From: an uncultured Eubacteriales bacterium
Lineage (GTDB): Bacteria > Bacillota > Clostridia > TANB77 > RGIG9151
Reading direction: 5' to 3'
DNA length: 16,699 bases
NCBI GenBank assembly: GCA_964640345.1
Contig: CAZXFU010000028.1
Span: forward strand, 1 to 16,699
In this document: one piece after another, positions 1 to 7,132 of the stretch
Numbering within the stretch: the first letter of the stretch is position 1
Layout of the letters: the number at the start of each line of letters is the position of its first letter
Notes under the pieces: generated by a model
What the model saw: the letters and a program-made list of their open reading frames with translations, nothing else
Told to the model about the DNA's origin: nothing
Database searches by the model: none
Program-made: the position numbers and the translations under genes

Positions 1-1
1 A

Positions 2-223
2 GACATGGTTAAAGAAATTGTTACGACAGTAAATCCGGAGTTTTCTATACATGATTTTAGAATGGTTGATGGCAAAAATAATATAAACCTTATTTTTGAT
101 CTTGCTGTTCCGATTGAAATGAAACTTTCTGAGCGCAATGAAGTGGTGCAGATTATAAAAGAAAAAGTAAAGGAAAAAGACATGAGATATAATCTTGTTA
201 TTCAAATAGACAATGCGTATTAA
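2..223 (+). CDS. cation diffusion facilitator (CDF) family transporter, C-terminal fragment; the 5' end lies outside the window
   Basis: The frame is open from the window edge to TAA at 221-223. The tail SIHDFRMVDGKNNINLIFDLAVP...VIQIDNAY resembles the cytoplasmic C-terminal domain of Firmicute CDF transporters (HDxR...FD..VP pattern). Assignment is from memory of the family, not from a search. Confidence 0.55.
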   Translation, partial: DMVKEIVTTVNPEFSIHDFRMVDGKNNINLIFDLAVPIEMKLSERNEVVQIIKEKVKEKDMRYNLVIQIDNAY

Positions 224-236
224 TGGGGGGGAAAGT

Positions 237-1568
237 ATGAAGAGTGCTCGCGAGACAGCGTTACATATTCTTATGCAAATTGATGAAAATAAGGCTTTTT
301 CAAATATTTTGCTAAGTAGTGAATTAAATAGGACTGAGCTTTCAGAAGTGGATAAAACATTTGTCACTCAGCTTGTTTACGGTGTTGTTACGAACAAAAT
401 TGCAATTGATTTTATAATAAAGAAATCATCTAAGATTAAATTTAATAAAATTGCTATTCCTATTCGTAATATATTGAGACTTGGCGTTTTTCAATTGTAT
501 TATTTGGATAAGATTCCTGTATCTGCTACATGCAATGAGGCGGTAAAACTTGCGAAAAAATATGGACATATATCATCGGCAGGATTTGTTAATGCTGTTC
601 TTAGAAGCATATCTAGCAAAGAGAAAGATAGCTTTTTTAAGGAGCTTACGGATAAAAGTGAATTTTTATCTGTATATTATTCATATCCAAAGTGGATTAT
701 AGATGTTTGGGCAGCACAATTTGGGTTACTTCAGACAGAAGAGTTAATTAAGGCCAATGAGAAAGTTTTGTACGATTCTGTTAGAGTTAATACATTAAAG
801 ACCTCGGTTGAGGAAATTTTAGTGAAATTCCCTAAAGCTAAAAAGGGGAAAATTTCGGATATTATTTATATAGAGAATGTGAAGGAGCTTATAAGTTCTG
901 ATGAGTTTAAAAATGGTCTTGTAACGTTACAAGATGAGGCTCCTGCACTTGTTGCACATCTTTTAAAACCTAAGGCCGGGCAAGAAATTTTAGATGTATG
1001 TGCTGCACCGGGTGGGAAAACTACGCATGTTGCTCAGCTTGTAAAAGATGATGCGAAAATCTTAGCGACAGACTTGTATCCGCAAAGATTAAAGCTTATT
1101 AAAGATACTGCGAAAAGGCTTGGAGTTACTTGTATAGAGACGTCTGGGCTAGATGCTACCGTGTTTAATGAAGAATTTACAGATAGATTTGATAGAATTA
1201 TTGCTGATGTTCCATGCTCCGGTCTTGGCGTTATAAGGAAGAAGCCGGATATTAAGTTTAACATAGATGAAGATGATATTGAGAATATAAATAAAACACA
1301 GCGAAAGATTTTAGAAAATGCTTCTAAATATCTAAAAGTTGGGGGTATTTTAGTTTATAGTACTTGTACAAATATTTTTAAGGAAAATCAAGAGACTGTA
1401 AGTTGGTTCTTGAATGAAAATAAGAACTTTGAGGTTTGTACAGATTTTGAATTAATACCGGATGAGTGGAAAAACGGGTTAAAAGACGGAATGTTATCGC
1501 TTTTACCGAACTTACACGGCTGTGATGGTTTTTTCATTTGTTGTTTAAAAAAGTGTATAGTTAAATAA
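237..1568 (+). CDS. rsmB: 16S rRNA (cytosine-C5)-methyltransferase RsmB/Sun
   Basis: There is an N-terminal NusB-like region ([20 protein letters not shown]). The SAM-binding motif is [14 protein letters not shown], and the catalytic-Cys motifs are [15 protein letters not shown] and LVYSTCT. ATG 237 follows the RBS GGGGGGGAAAG (225-235). The track start at 213 overlaps the upstream stop and has no RBS. Confidence 0.9.
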   Translation: MKSARETALHILMQIDENKAFSNILLSSELNRTELSEVDKTFVTQLVYGVVTNKIAIDFIIKKSSKIKFNKIAIPIRNILRLGVFQLYYLDKIPVSATCNEAVKLAKKYGHISSAGFVNAVLRSISSKEKDSFFKELTDKSEFLSVYYSYPKWIIDVWAAQFGLLQTEELIKANEKVLYDSVRVNTLKTSVEEILVKFPKAKKGKISDIIYIENVKELISSDEFKNGLVTLQDEAPALVAHLLKPKAGQEILDVCAAPGGKTTHVAQLVKDDAKILATDLYPQRLKLIKDTAKRLGVTCIETSGLDATVFNEEFTDRFDRIIADVPCSGLGVIRKKPDIKFNIDEDDIENINKTQRKILENASKYLKVGGILVYSTCTNIFKENQETVSWFLNENKNFEVCTDFELIPDEWKNGLKDGMLSLLPNLHGCDGFFICCLKKCIVK

Positions 1569-1614
1569 GAATAAAAAAAAGAATTTTGGGTATACTTTTT
1601 CTGAGGTGAAAGGT

Positions 1615-3264
1615 ATGCCTAATTTATTATATAAAGAAAAATCGCCATATTTATTACAACATGCGGATAATCCGATAGATTGGTTCCCGTGGAGTGAAGA
1701 TGCCTTTTCTAAGGCAGAAAAAGAGGATAAACCGATTTTGCTTAGCATTGGTTATTCAACTTGTTATTGGTGCCACAAGATGGCGAGAGAGGCTTTTAGT
1801 GATGAAAAAATTGCCGAGTATTTGAATGAGCATTTTGTATGTATCAAGGTAGATAGAGAGGAGAGACCTGACATAGACCTTGTTTATATGGAAGCCGCAC
1901 TTTGCTTATCAGAGAATGCAGGGTGGCCACTTAATATTTTTCTCACTCCCAAGAAAGAACCCTTTTTTGTAGGAACGTATTTCCCTGTGAAAAAAGAAAG
2001 GGGAAGTCAGGATTTTTTGAGTGTTTTACAGCAAATAAAAAATTCCTGGAATACAAATCGTGAAGCAATTTATGAGGTAGCAAATGAAGTTAAAAAGAAA
2101 CTTACTTCAAAAAAAGCTGGAAATGAGCCTATTAGTGATAAAGCAGCTTCTGATGCACTATGGATTATGAAGTCTATTTTTGACAATAGCTTTGGAGGTT
2201 TTGGAAGCGAGCCGAAGTTCCCGCTTGCTCAACAGATTTTCTTTTTACTGCGTTATTGGTATTTGTACCGTGACGAATATGCTTTGTATATGGTGGAAAA
2301 GACATTAGATAATATTCAAAATGCTGAAATTTATGATAAAAATAACGGTGGATTTTTTAGGTATGCTACGAGTGTATCTTGGAATGCTCCACATTATGAA
2401 AAAATGCTTTATACAAATGCCTTGATGACTATGGCGTATTTGGAGGCTTATGAAGTTATCCAAAAGGATATTTATAAAGTAGTTGTAAATGAAACACTTG
2501 GATATATGAAAAAGCGTTTATTATCTGCGGAGGGTGCGTTTTATTCTGCCGAAGATTCAGAGATTATAAAAGGGCAGATGCCATTTGTTGACGAAAAAAT
2601 ATCTGCCGGCTGGAACGGACTTGCAATTTCAGCTTTTGCTACGGCAGGAAAAGTGCTTGAAGACCCGGCGTATATAAAAATTGCAAAAGATACTGCACAG
2701 TTTGTGTTGGATCACTTGTATAAAGGCAACGGAGTGTTAAGCTCTTACTATATAAAGGGAAATTCGTTTGGTAATGCATATTCTACAGACTATTCATTTA
2801 TGATTTGGGGACTTATTGAACTTTATCAGGCAACATATGAGGACAAGTACTTGGATGGAGCAATAAAGCTAAATGAGAAACTTATTGAAGAATTTTGGGA
2901 TGATGATGATGGCGGAATACTATTTTATAGTAAATATAGCGAAAAGCTTATTATAAATCCCAAAGAAATATATGATGGTGCGATTCCGGCTGTAAATTCT
3001 GTCGCAGCTATGAATCTTATAAGGCTTTCACGTCTTTCAGGGGATATAGGGTTTAATAAGCTTGCTAGAAGAATTTTTGATAGTGTAGGTAAGGATGTTA
3101 ATAAGACTCCTGCCGATTACTTGTATATGCTTTGCACAGTTTTATATGAAAAAAGTACTAAAGAAGTGCTTATTGCTGAGAAGGACAGCGATATATTAGG
3201 GAGGTTTAACGGCGAGTTTAGACCGTTCACGATGGAAATGCCTTTACAAGATTTCAAACAGTAG
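1615..3264 (+). CDS. thioredoxin-domain protein, YyaL/DUF255 (SPATA20-like) family, compact variant
   Basis: The N-terminus carries [23 protein letters not shown]...[16 protein letters not shown] (CxxC), then [10 protein letters not shown] and [25 protein letters not shown], all typical of the family. ATG 1615 lies 6 nt after GAGGTG. The track start at 1606 is a GTG inside that RBS. Confidence 0.85.
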   Translation: MPNLLYKEKSPYLLQHADNPIDWFPWSEDAFSKAEKEDKPILLSIGYSTCYWCHKMAREAFSDEKIAEYLNEHFVCIKVDREERPDIDLVYMEAALCLSENAGWPLNIFLTPKKEPFFVGTYFPVKKERGSQDFLSVLQQIKNSWNTNREAIYEVANEVKKKLTSKKAGNEPISDKAASDALWIMKSIFDNSFGGFGSEPKFPLAQQIFFLLRYWYLYRDEYALYMVEKTLDNIQNAEIYDKNNGGFFRYATSVSWNAPHYEKMLYTNALMTMAYLEAYEVIQKDIYKVVVNETLGYMKKRLLSAEGAFYSAEDSEIIKGQMPFVDEKISAGWNGLAISAFATAGKVLEDPAYIKIAKDTAQFVLDHLYKGNGVLSSYYIKGNSFGNAYSTDYSFMIWGLIELYQATYEDKYLDGAIKLNEKLIEEFWDDDDGGILFYSKYSEKLIINPKEIYDGAIPAVNSVAAMNLIRLSRLSGDIGFNKLARRIFDSVGKDVNKTPADYLYMLCTVLYEKSTKEVLIAEKDSDILGRFNGEFRPFTMEMPLQDFKQ

Positions 3265-3314
3265 AAATTGCTTGAATGTGTATTGCAGTAAAAATAATGA
3301 AAAGGAGTGATTTT

Positions 3315-3749
3315 ATGATAGAGAAGGATACAATAGAATTGTTAAAAGAATGTAATGCGGGTATAAAAATGGGTGTCAGTTCTATTGATGAAGTTCTGCC
3401 AGATGTAAAAAATGCAGCATTAAGGCAGAAATTAACCGTTTGCAAAGACGAACATGAGAAACTTGGGAATGAGACTAAAAAATTACTTAATAATTATAAA
3501 GATGAAGGTAAAGAACCTAATCCGCTTGCTAAAAGTATGTCGTGGCTAAAAACAAATACAAAAATGGTGGTGTCACCTACAGATGAGACAATAAGTGATT
3601 TAATTACTGATGGTTGCAATATGGGCGTAAAATCGTTAAATCGTTATTTGAATGAGTATAAAGCAGCTGAGGGAACTGCAAAAGATATTACAAAACGTCT
3701 TATAAATTTAGAAGAAAAATTGGCAGTAGATATTAGAGAATATCTGTAA
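3315..3749 (+). CDS. hypothetical helical protein (possible ferritin-like/DUF2383-like four-helix bundle; function not established)
   Basis: The ORF has a clean RBS, AAAGGAG (3301-3307), 7 nt before ATG 3315. The sequence is heptad-like and helix-rich. I recall close homologues annotated as hypothetical in Clostridia, but the family name is uncertain. Confidence 0.65.
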   Translation: MIEKDTIELLKECNAGIKMGVSSIDEVLPDVKNAALRQKLTVCKDEHEKLGNETKKLLNNYKDEGKEPNPLAKSMSWLKTNTKMVVSPTDETISDLITDGCNMGVKSLNRYLNEYKAAEGTAKDITKRLINLEEKLAVDIREYL

Positions 3750-3753
3750 TAAG

Positions 3754-3786
3754 TATTATTCCTTAAAAAAGAATAATATAATTTTG
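3754..3786 (+). terminator. weak AT-rich hairpin after the 3315-3749 gene
   Basis: TATTATTC (3754-3761) pairs with GAATAATA (3771-3778) and is followed by TAATTTTG. The stem is all A/T apart from one C-G closing pair, so the call is marginal. Confidence 0.25.
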
Positions 3787-3804
3787 TAAAGGCACGATTA
3801 CATG

Positions 3805-3843
3805 AAAAACCCCCCTCTTAAGTAATATAAGAGGGGGAAAAAA
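3805..3843 (-). terminator. rho-independent terminator of the minus-strand orphan gene
   Basis: A 10-bp stem pairs CCCCCTCTTA (3811-3820) with TAAGAGGGGG (3828-3837) around a 7-nt loop. On the minus strand the hairpin is followed by a U5 run (complement of A 3805-3809). It sits 8 nt after the gene end. Confidence 0.75.
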
Positions 3844-3845
3844 TA

Positions 3846-4298
3846 TTATATTTCCATTGCGAACCAATCGTCGGGGTCGCTAAGGATTTTTAACCCATTA
3901 AGACTGGGTGCTTCATCGCCTATCGACGAAAAGCCCTCAGCATTGAGGAAATCTTTTAGAAATGCCTCAACGGTCCAAATAAAAAGTTCGGTGGCATCGT
4001 TTGGCAGAGGAATATCAATTATATCTTCGTCTGCCATTATGTCGAAATCCGCCACGGCAGTGGCAATCTCAACAACATAAGATTTTATCCGTACGAGTAT
4101 CCATCGTTTGGACAAAATCTTCTGATCGCTAGCAAGCTCAAACAATTTGTTAACAACTTCGTTAACAAACTTCAAAGCTGCCAACTGCGTCTCTGCCGCA
4201 AATATTTCTTGCTGCATTGAGACCGCAGTCTTTAGTCTTGGCTTGGACACCGGTTTTTGTTGACACTTTTTCCATTGAATATACTCCTTGGAATTCAT
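3846..4298 (-). CDS. hypothetical protein, 150 aa, with a basic N-terminus and a very acidic C-terminal half; no family recognised
   Basis: This is the only supported minus-strand gene. The minus-strand RBS AAAGGAGA lies 5 nt before ATG (CAT at 4296-4298). The gene has its own promoter and terminator. Hand-counted G+C was 25/60 in each of three sampled 60-nt blocks, versus 21/60 in a sample of the adjacent mscS gene. Confidence 0.75.
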   Translation of the reverse strand: MNSKEYIQWKKCQQKPVSKPRLKTAVSMQQEIFAAETQLAALKFVNEVVNKLFELASDQKILSKRWILVRIKSYVVEIATAVADFDIMADEDIIDIPLPNDATELFIWTVEAFLKDFLNAEGFSSIGDEAPSLNGLKILSDPDDWFAMEI

Positions 4299-4412
4299 TT
4301 GAATCTCCTTTCGTTACGTCTGTGAAAATTGTTTGCAAAAGTAAGACTTTTGCAGTACGATTTGGAACCTAATTAGGAAACCAGTAATTCACGTACCGAA
4401 ATCACAAAATAA

Positions 4413-4441
4413 ATTATAGCACAATGTTTACATAAAGTAAA
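4413..4441 (-). promoter_or_regulatory. sigma-A type promoter for the orphan gene
   Basis: The minus strand reads TTTACT, a 17-nt spacer, then TGcTATAAT (extended -10). The -35 is at plus coordinates 4436-4441 and the -10 at 4413-4418. Confidence 0.6.
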
Positions 4442-4460
4442 TGTTTTTTTTGATTTTCTC

Positions 4461-4490
4461 TTGATTTATCATGGTAAATAATTGTATAAT
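4461..4490 (+). promoter_or_regulatory. sigma-A type promoter for the MscS-family gene, divergent from the orphan-gene promoter
   Basis: TTGATT (4461-4466) is followed by an 18-nt spacer and TATAAT (4485-4490), preceded by TG. A second TTGATT lies at 4450-4455. Confidence 0.5.
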
Positions 4491-4529
4491 ATATCTGAAT
4501 TTGACATAAAATACGAGGGGGAAAATAAA

Positions 4530-5360
4530 ATGGGATTTGTTACATCAACATTTAATGAAATTGGAACAGCATTGGGGATAACAGCTACACAAGTTGCAAT
4601 AACGAATTTTATACCTGCGTTGATAGTGCTGCTTGTAGCGTTGTTATTAATAAAAATTCTTATGAAAGCTGTTTCGAGTGCAATAGAGAAAAGCAAAATC
4701 GAGAAGAGTCTTCATACTTTTATAAAATCAACTATAAAGTATGTTTTATACTTTTTAGTTTTGATAATTATTTTAGGAATGTTAGGAATACCTGTAACAA
4801 CACTTATTGCAGCTTTGAGCGTTGTTGGTTTGGCTGTTTCTTTGGCGATTCAGAGCTCGCTTGCCAATTTGGCAGCAGGTGTATCTATTCTTGTTACAAA
4901 GCCTTTTAAAATCGGTGATTATATTGAAGCATGTGGTATTGGAGGAACTGTAAAAGAAATTGGATTGTTTTATACATCGCTTGATACACCGGACAAAAAA
5001 TTGATTTTTGTTCCAAATGGGAAAATCTCGGAAGATACTGTTGTAAACTATAATGTAGAAAGTGAAAGAAAGTTGACATTAAAGTTTGCAGCATCATATG
5101 ATGACGATATTGAAAAGGTAAAAAAAGCATTAAAAGAGGCTGTAGATAGTGATAAGAGAGTGTTAAAAGATCCTGAACCTTTGATAAATGTTTCTGCATA
5201 TTTAGATAGCTCAATAGAGTATATTGTTGCTGTTTGGGTAAAAAAAGAAGATTACTGGGATGTAAATTGGTATTTACTTGAAGAAGTAAAGCGTTCGTTT
5301 GATAAGAACGGTGTTTCTATGCCATATAATCATATTAATGTTCATATGATTAACGGTTAG
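4530..5360 (+). CDS. mechanosensitive ion channel family protein (MscS-like)
   Basis: N-terminal TM helices are followed by the signature region LAIQSSLANLAAGVSILVTKPFKIGDYIE..GGTVKEIGLFYTSLDTPDKKLIFVPNGKI. ATG 4530 follows the RBS GAGGGGG (4515-4521). The track start at 4482 is a TTG inside the promoter -10. Confidence 0.9.
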   Translation: MGFVTSTFNEIGTALGITATQVAITNFIPALIVLLVALLLIKILMKAVSSAIEKSKIEKSLHTFIKSTIKYVLYFLVLIIILGMLGIPVTTLIAALSVVGLAVSLAIQSSLANLAAGVSILVTKPFKIGDYIEACGIGGTVKEIGLFYTSLDTPDKKLIFVPNGKISEDTVVNYNVESERKLTLKFAASYDDDIEKVKKALKEAVDSDKRVLKDPEPLINVSAYLDSSIEYIVAVWVKKEDYWDVNWYLLEEVKRSFDKNGVSMPYNHINVHMING

Positions 5361-5384
5361 TTACATTAAATACATAGAATTTAC

Positions 5385-5413
5385 AAGAAAAGTGAGCAAA
5401 GTCCACTTTTCTT
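5385..5413 (+). terminator. hairpin after the MscS-family gene; probable terminator with a poor U-tail
   Basis: A 10-bp stem pairs AAGAAAAGTG (5385-5394) with CACTTTTCTT (5404-5413) around a 9-nt loop, followed by ATTGCTCGTTTC. An alternative overlapping stem pairs 5390-5399 with 5415-5424. Confidence 0.4.
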
Positions 5414-5421
5414 ATTGCTCG

Positions 5422-5478
5422 TTTCATTCGCTTTTTTTAGAGGAAGTTCCTATTACATAAATAAAAAAACGAATGAAA
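5422..5478. repeat. inverted repeat with 16-bp arms (one bulged C) and a nested palindrome in the loop
   Basis: TTTCATTCG(C)TTTTTTT (5422-5438) is the reverse complement of AAAAAAACGAATGAAA (5463-5478). The 24-nt loop contains the palindrome AGGAAgTTCCT (5441-5451). Confidence 0.6.
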
Positions 5479-5504
5479 TTTGCAGTAATAAATTTAAAAA
5501 AATA

Positions 5505-5533
5505 TATACAATGTTCCAAAGTTGTGCTATAAT
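5505..5533 (+). promoter_or_regulatory. sigma-A type promoter for the PilZ gene
   Basis: TATACA (5505-5510) is followed by a 17-nt spacer and TGcTATAAT (TG 5525-5526, -10 at 5528-5533). Confidence 0.5.
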
Positions 5534-5586
5534 ACTATATGTGAGTGACGTAAAAGGCTCATAAATAGTAGGCTGGAGGGATATGT

Positions 5587-5925
5587 ATGAGTGCAAACAA
5601 AAGAAAACATACAAGATATGATAATCCAAAGGGAATATTTAACATAACTACTGATAAAAGAACATGGCATGAAATTGGTCTTGAAGACATATCAGCTGGA
5701 GGAATGAAATTCACAACAACTGCTAGCTTTGATGTAAATGATGATATTCAAGCGGTTCTTACCTTAAGGAACAGAATTAAAGATGATAATACGCTTAATT
5801 TACAAGGAACAGTTAAAAGAAGAACTGAAATGGGAAGCGGTGTAAATGCGTATGCGGTAGAATTTTCTAATGTTACTGCAAAGCAGCTTACAAGCTTGTC
5901 TGAAATTATGGCGTTTATAAGATAA
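5587..5925 (+). CDS. stand-alone PilZ domain protein (predicted c-di-GMP receptor)
   Basis: Both halves of the PilZ c-di-GMP binding signature are present with normal spacing: RxxxR as RKHTR (aa 6-10) and D/NxSxxG as DISAGG (aa 34-39). The RBS GGAGGG (5574-5579) lies 7 nt before ATG 5587. Confidence 0.85.
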   Translation: MSANKRKHTRYDNPKGIFNITTDKRTWHEIGLEDISAGGMKFTTTASFDVNDDIQAVLTLRNRIKDDNTLNLQGTVKRRTEMGSGVNAYAVEFSNVTAKQLTSLSEIMAFIR

Positions 5926-5943
5926 TTAAATGTAATTTTTGCA

Positions 5944-6023
5944 AGGCTACGGAAAAAGCCATTGCAAATAAAAAATGTGGATTTCGTCCGCTTTTTTATT
6001 TGCAATGGCTTTTTCCGTAGCCT
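5944..6023. repeat. perfect 32-bp-arm inverted repeat (80-nt hairpin/cruciform element)
   Basis: AGGCTACGGAAAAAGCCATTGCAAATAAAAAA (5944-5975) is the exact reverse complement of 5992-6023, checked base by base. The 16-nt loop adds a further 5-bp stem, GTGGA/TCCGC (one G-T pair). Confidence 0.95.
5970..6001 (+). terminator. core rho-independent terminator of the PilZ gene (A6-hairpin-T6, formally bidirectional), embedded in the long inverted repeat
   Basis: AAAAAA, a GTGGA-TTTCG-TCCGC hairpin, then TTTTTTATTT. It begins 45 nt after the PilZ stop codon. Confidence 0.6.
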
Positions 6024-6090
6024 CCCTTTCTGTTATTCGTAAAGAAATCTTTTCATTACATAAAAATAAATAGTCAAAATACTTGAAATC

Positions 6091-6117
6091 TTGACACTAA
6101 AAATGATAATTTATAGT
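6091..6117 (+). promoter_or_regulatory. candidate promoter for era
   Basis: A consensus TTGACA (6091-6096) is followed by TATAGT (6112-6117) after a short 15-nt spacer. Confidence 0.4.
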
Positions 6118-6148
6118 TAGAACAAATGAAATTCTTTGGAGGCATAAT

Positions 6149-7042
6149 ATGAGTGAACAATTTAAATCCGGATTTGTAGCTATAATAGGGAATCCGAGTG
6201 TTGGAAAGTCTACATTAATTAACACCATCATAGGTGAAAAGATTGCAATTACTTCAAATAAGCCACAAACTACACGTAATGCAATTAAGGGAATTTTGAC
6301 AGATGAGAATTATCAAATAGTTTTTTTGGATACCCCTGGAGTTAATAAGACTCATACACGTCTTTCTAAGGTCATGGATAAGAGCATAAATGAGTCTATT
6401 TCTGGAACTGATGTAGTTATTGCCATGGTTGATTTGACAAGACGTACAAATACTGATTTGTTTTTAGGAAAATTAAATAAGGTAAAATGTCCTGTTATTT
6501 TACTCTTAAATAAAGTAGATATCCTAAAGGAAAAACAAGATATTTTGCAGGTTATTAGCGAGTACAATAAACTATATAGGTTTGATGAGATTATTCCTGT
6601 TTCGGCGTATAATAAAGAAGATGCAAATAAAGTTATAGAGGCCGTTGTTAAGAGGCTGCCTTATGGACCTCAATACTACCCGGAAGATATGATTACGGAT
6701 AGTCCTGAGAAAGTTATGGTTGCCGAGATTATAAGGGAAAAGGCGTTAGATTTGTTGGCTGATGAAATACCTCACGGAATTGCTGTTGAAGTAGAGAAAA
6801 TGAAGAAGCGGGTTGGAAAAGAAATTATAGATATTAGTGCAAATATTTACTGCGAAAGAGAGTCACATAAGCCGATTATAATCGGTAAAGGCGGTAAGAT
6901 GTTAAAAGAAATAGGAACTTGTGCTAGAATAGACATAGAAAAGTTTTTAGATATGAAAGTTTTTTTAGAAGTGTGGGTAAAAGTTAGAAAAGATTGGCGA
7001 AATAGTGAATCTGAGTTAAAAAAGCTTAATTTTTTGGAATAA
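6149..7042 (+). CDS. era: GTPase Era
   Basis: G1 is GNPSVGKST, G2 is TTRN, G3 is DTPG and G4 is NKVD. The C-terminal KH domain carries IIIGKGGKMLKEIG. The RBS GGAGG (6138-6142) precedes ATG 6149. Confidence 0.95.
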   Translation: MSEQFKSGFVAIIGNPSVGKSTLINTIIGEKIAITSNKPQTTRNAIKGILTDENYQIVFLDTPGVNKTHTRLSKVMDKSINESISGTDVVIAMVDLTRRTNTDLFLGKLNKVKCPVILLLNKVDILKEKQDILQVISEYNKLYRFDEIIPVSAYNKEDANKVIEAVVKRLPYGPQYYPEDMITDSPEKVMVAEIIREKALDLLADEIPHGIAVEVEKMKKRVGKEIIDISANIYCERESHKPIIIGKGGKMLKEIGTCARIDIEKFLDMKVFLEVWVKVRKDWRNSESELKKLNFLE

Positions 7043-7132
7043 TTATCAAGGAATTTTACAGTAGATAAAGGGGAAATTATTATTAAACAAAGTTTTGTTT
7101 AGTGCCCATAATTTACGGATGGAGGAAAGAAT

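Noticed and set aside
4423-4450. A + strand hairpin-like ATGTTTAC-ataaa-GTAAATGT followed by T8, which looks like a terminator or the end of a small RNA.
   Set aside because: The stem needs two G-T pairs and is A/T-rich, and no + strand transcription unit ends here. The sequence coincides with the -35 box and spacer of the minus-strand promoter and with the A/T-rich upstream region of the mscS promoter.
5443-5455. GAAGTTCCTATTA, which matches 12 of 13 bases of a yeast FLP FRT arm (GAAGTTCCTATTC).
   Set aside because: Only one arm is present. There is no 8-bp spacer plus inverted partner arm, so it is neither a functional FRT site nor an FRT scar. It is most simply part of the local AGGAAgTTCCT palindrome, and the resemblance is a post hoc coincidence.
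4413-5533. An identical 12-mer, TTGTGCTATAAT, at the -10 regions of the orphan-gene promoter (minus strand, 4413-4424) and the PilZ promoter (5522-5533), as a possible shared regulatory box.
   Set aside because: Eight of the twelve positions are simply the extended -10 consensus TGnTATAAT. The remaining identity (TT and c) is too little to claim co-regulation.
5975-6073. A 32-codon ORF (MWISSAFLFAMAFSVASLSVIRKEIFSLHKNK) with a hydrophobic helix and basic tail, superficially like a type I toxin peptide. It starts in the loop of the long inverted repeat.
   Set aside because: No Shine-Dalgarno lies upstream (GCAAATAAAAA precedes the ATG). The ATG lies at the stem-loop junction of a very stable hairpin. 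The hydrophobicity is what a T-rich repeat arm gives on translation. Only ribosome profiling or conservation of the reading frame would revive it.
6149-7042. The Era G1 motif reads GNPSVGKST rather than the more usual GRPNVGKST.
   Set aside because: The P-loop consensus GxxxxGK[ST] and all other G motifs and the KH domain are intact. This is ordinary lineage variation.
7084-7101. The palindrome TAAACAAA-gt-TTTGTTTA in the era-yqzL spacer, as a possible terminator or operator.
   Set aside because: It is all A/T apart from one C-G pair per arm, has a 2-nt centre and no following U-tract. era-yqzL-recO is probably co-transcribed. It is not distinguishable from chance in AT-rich DNA.
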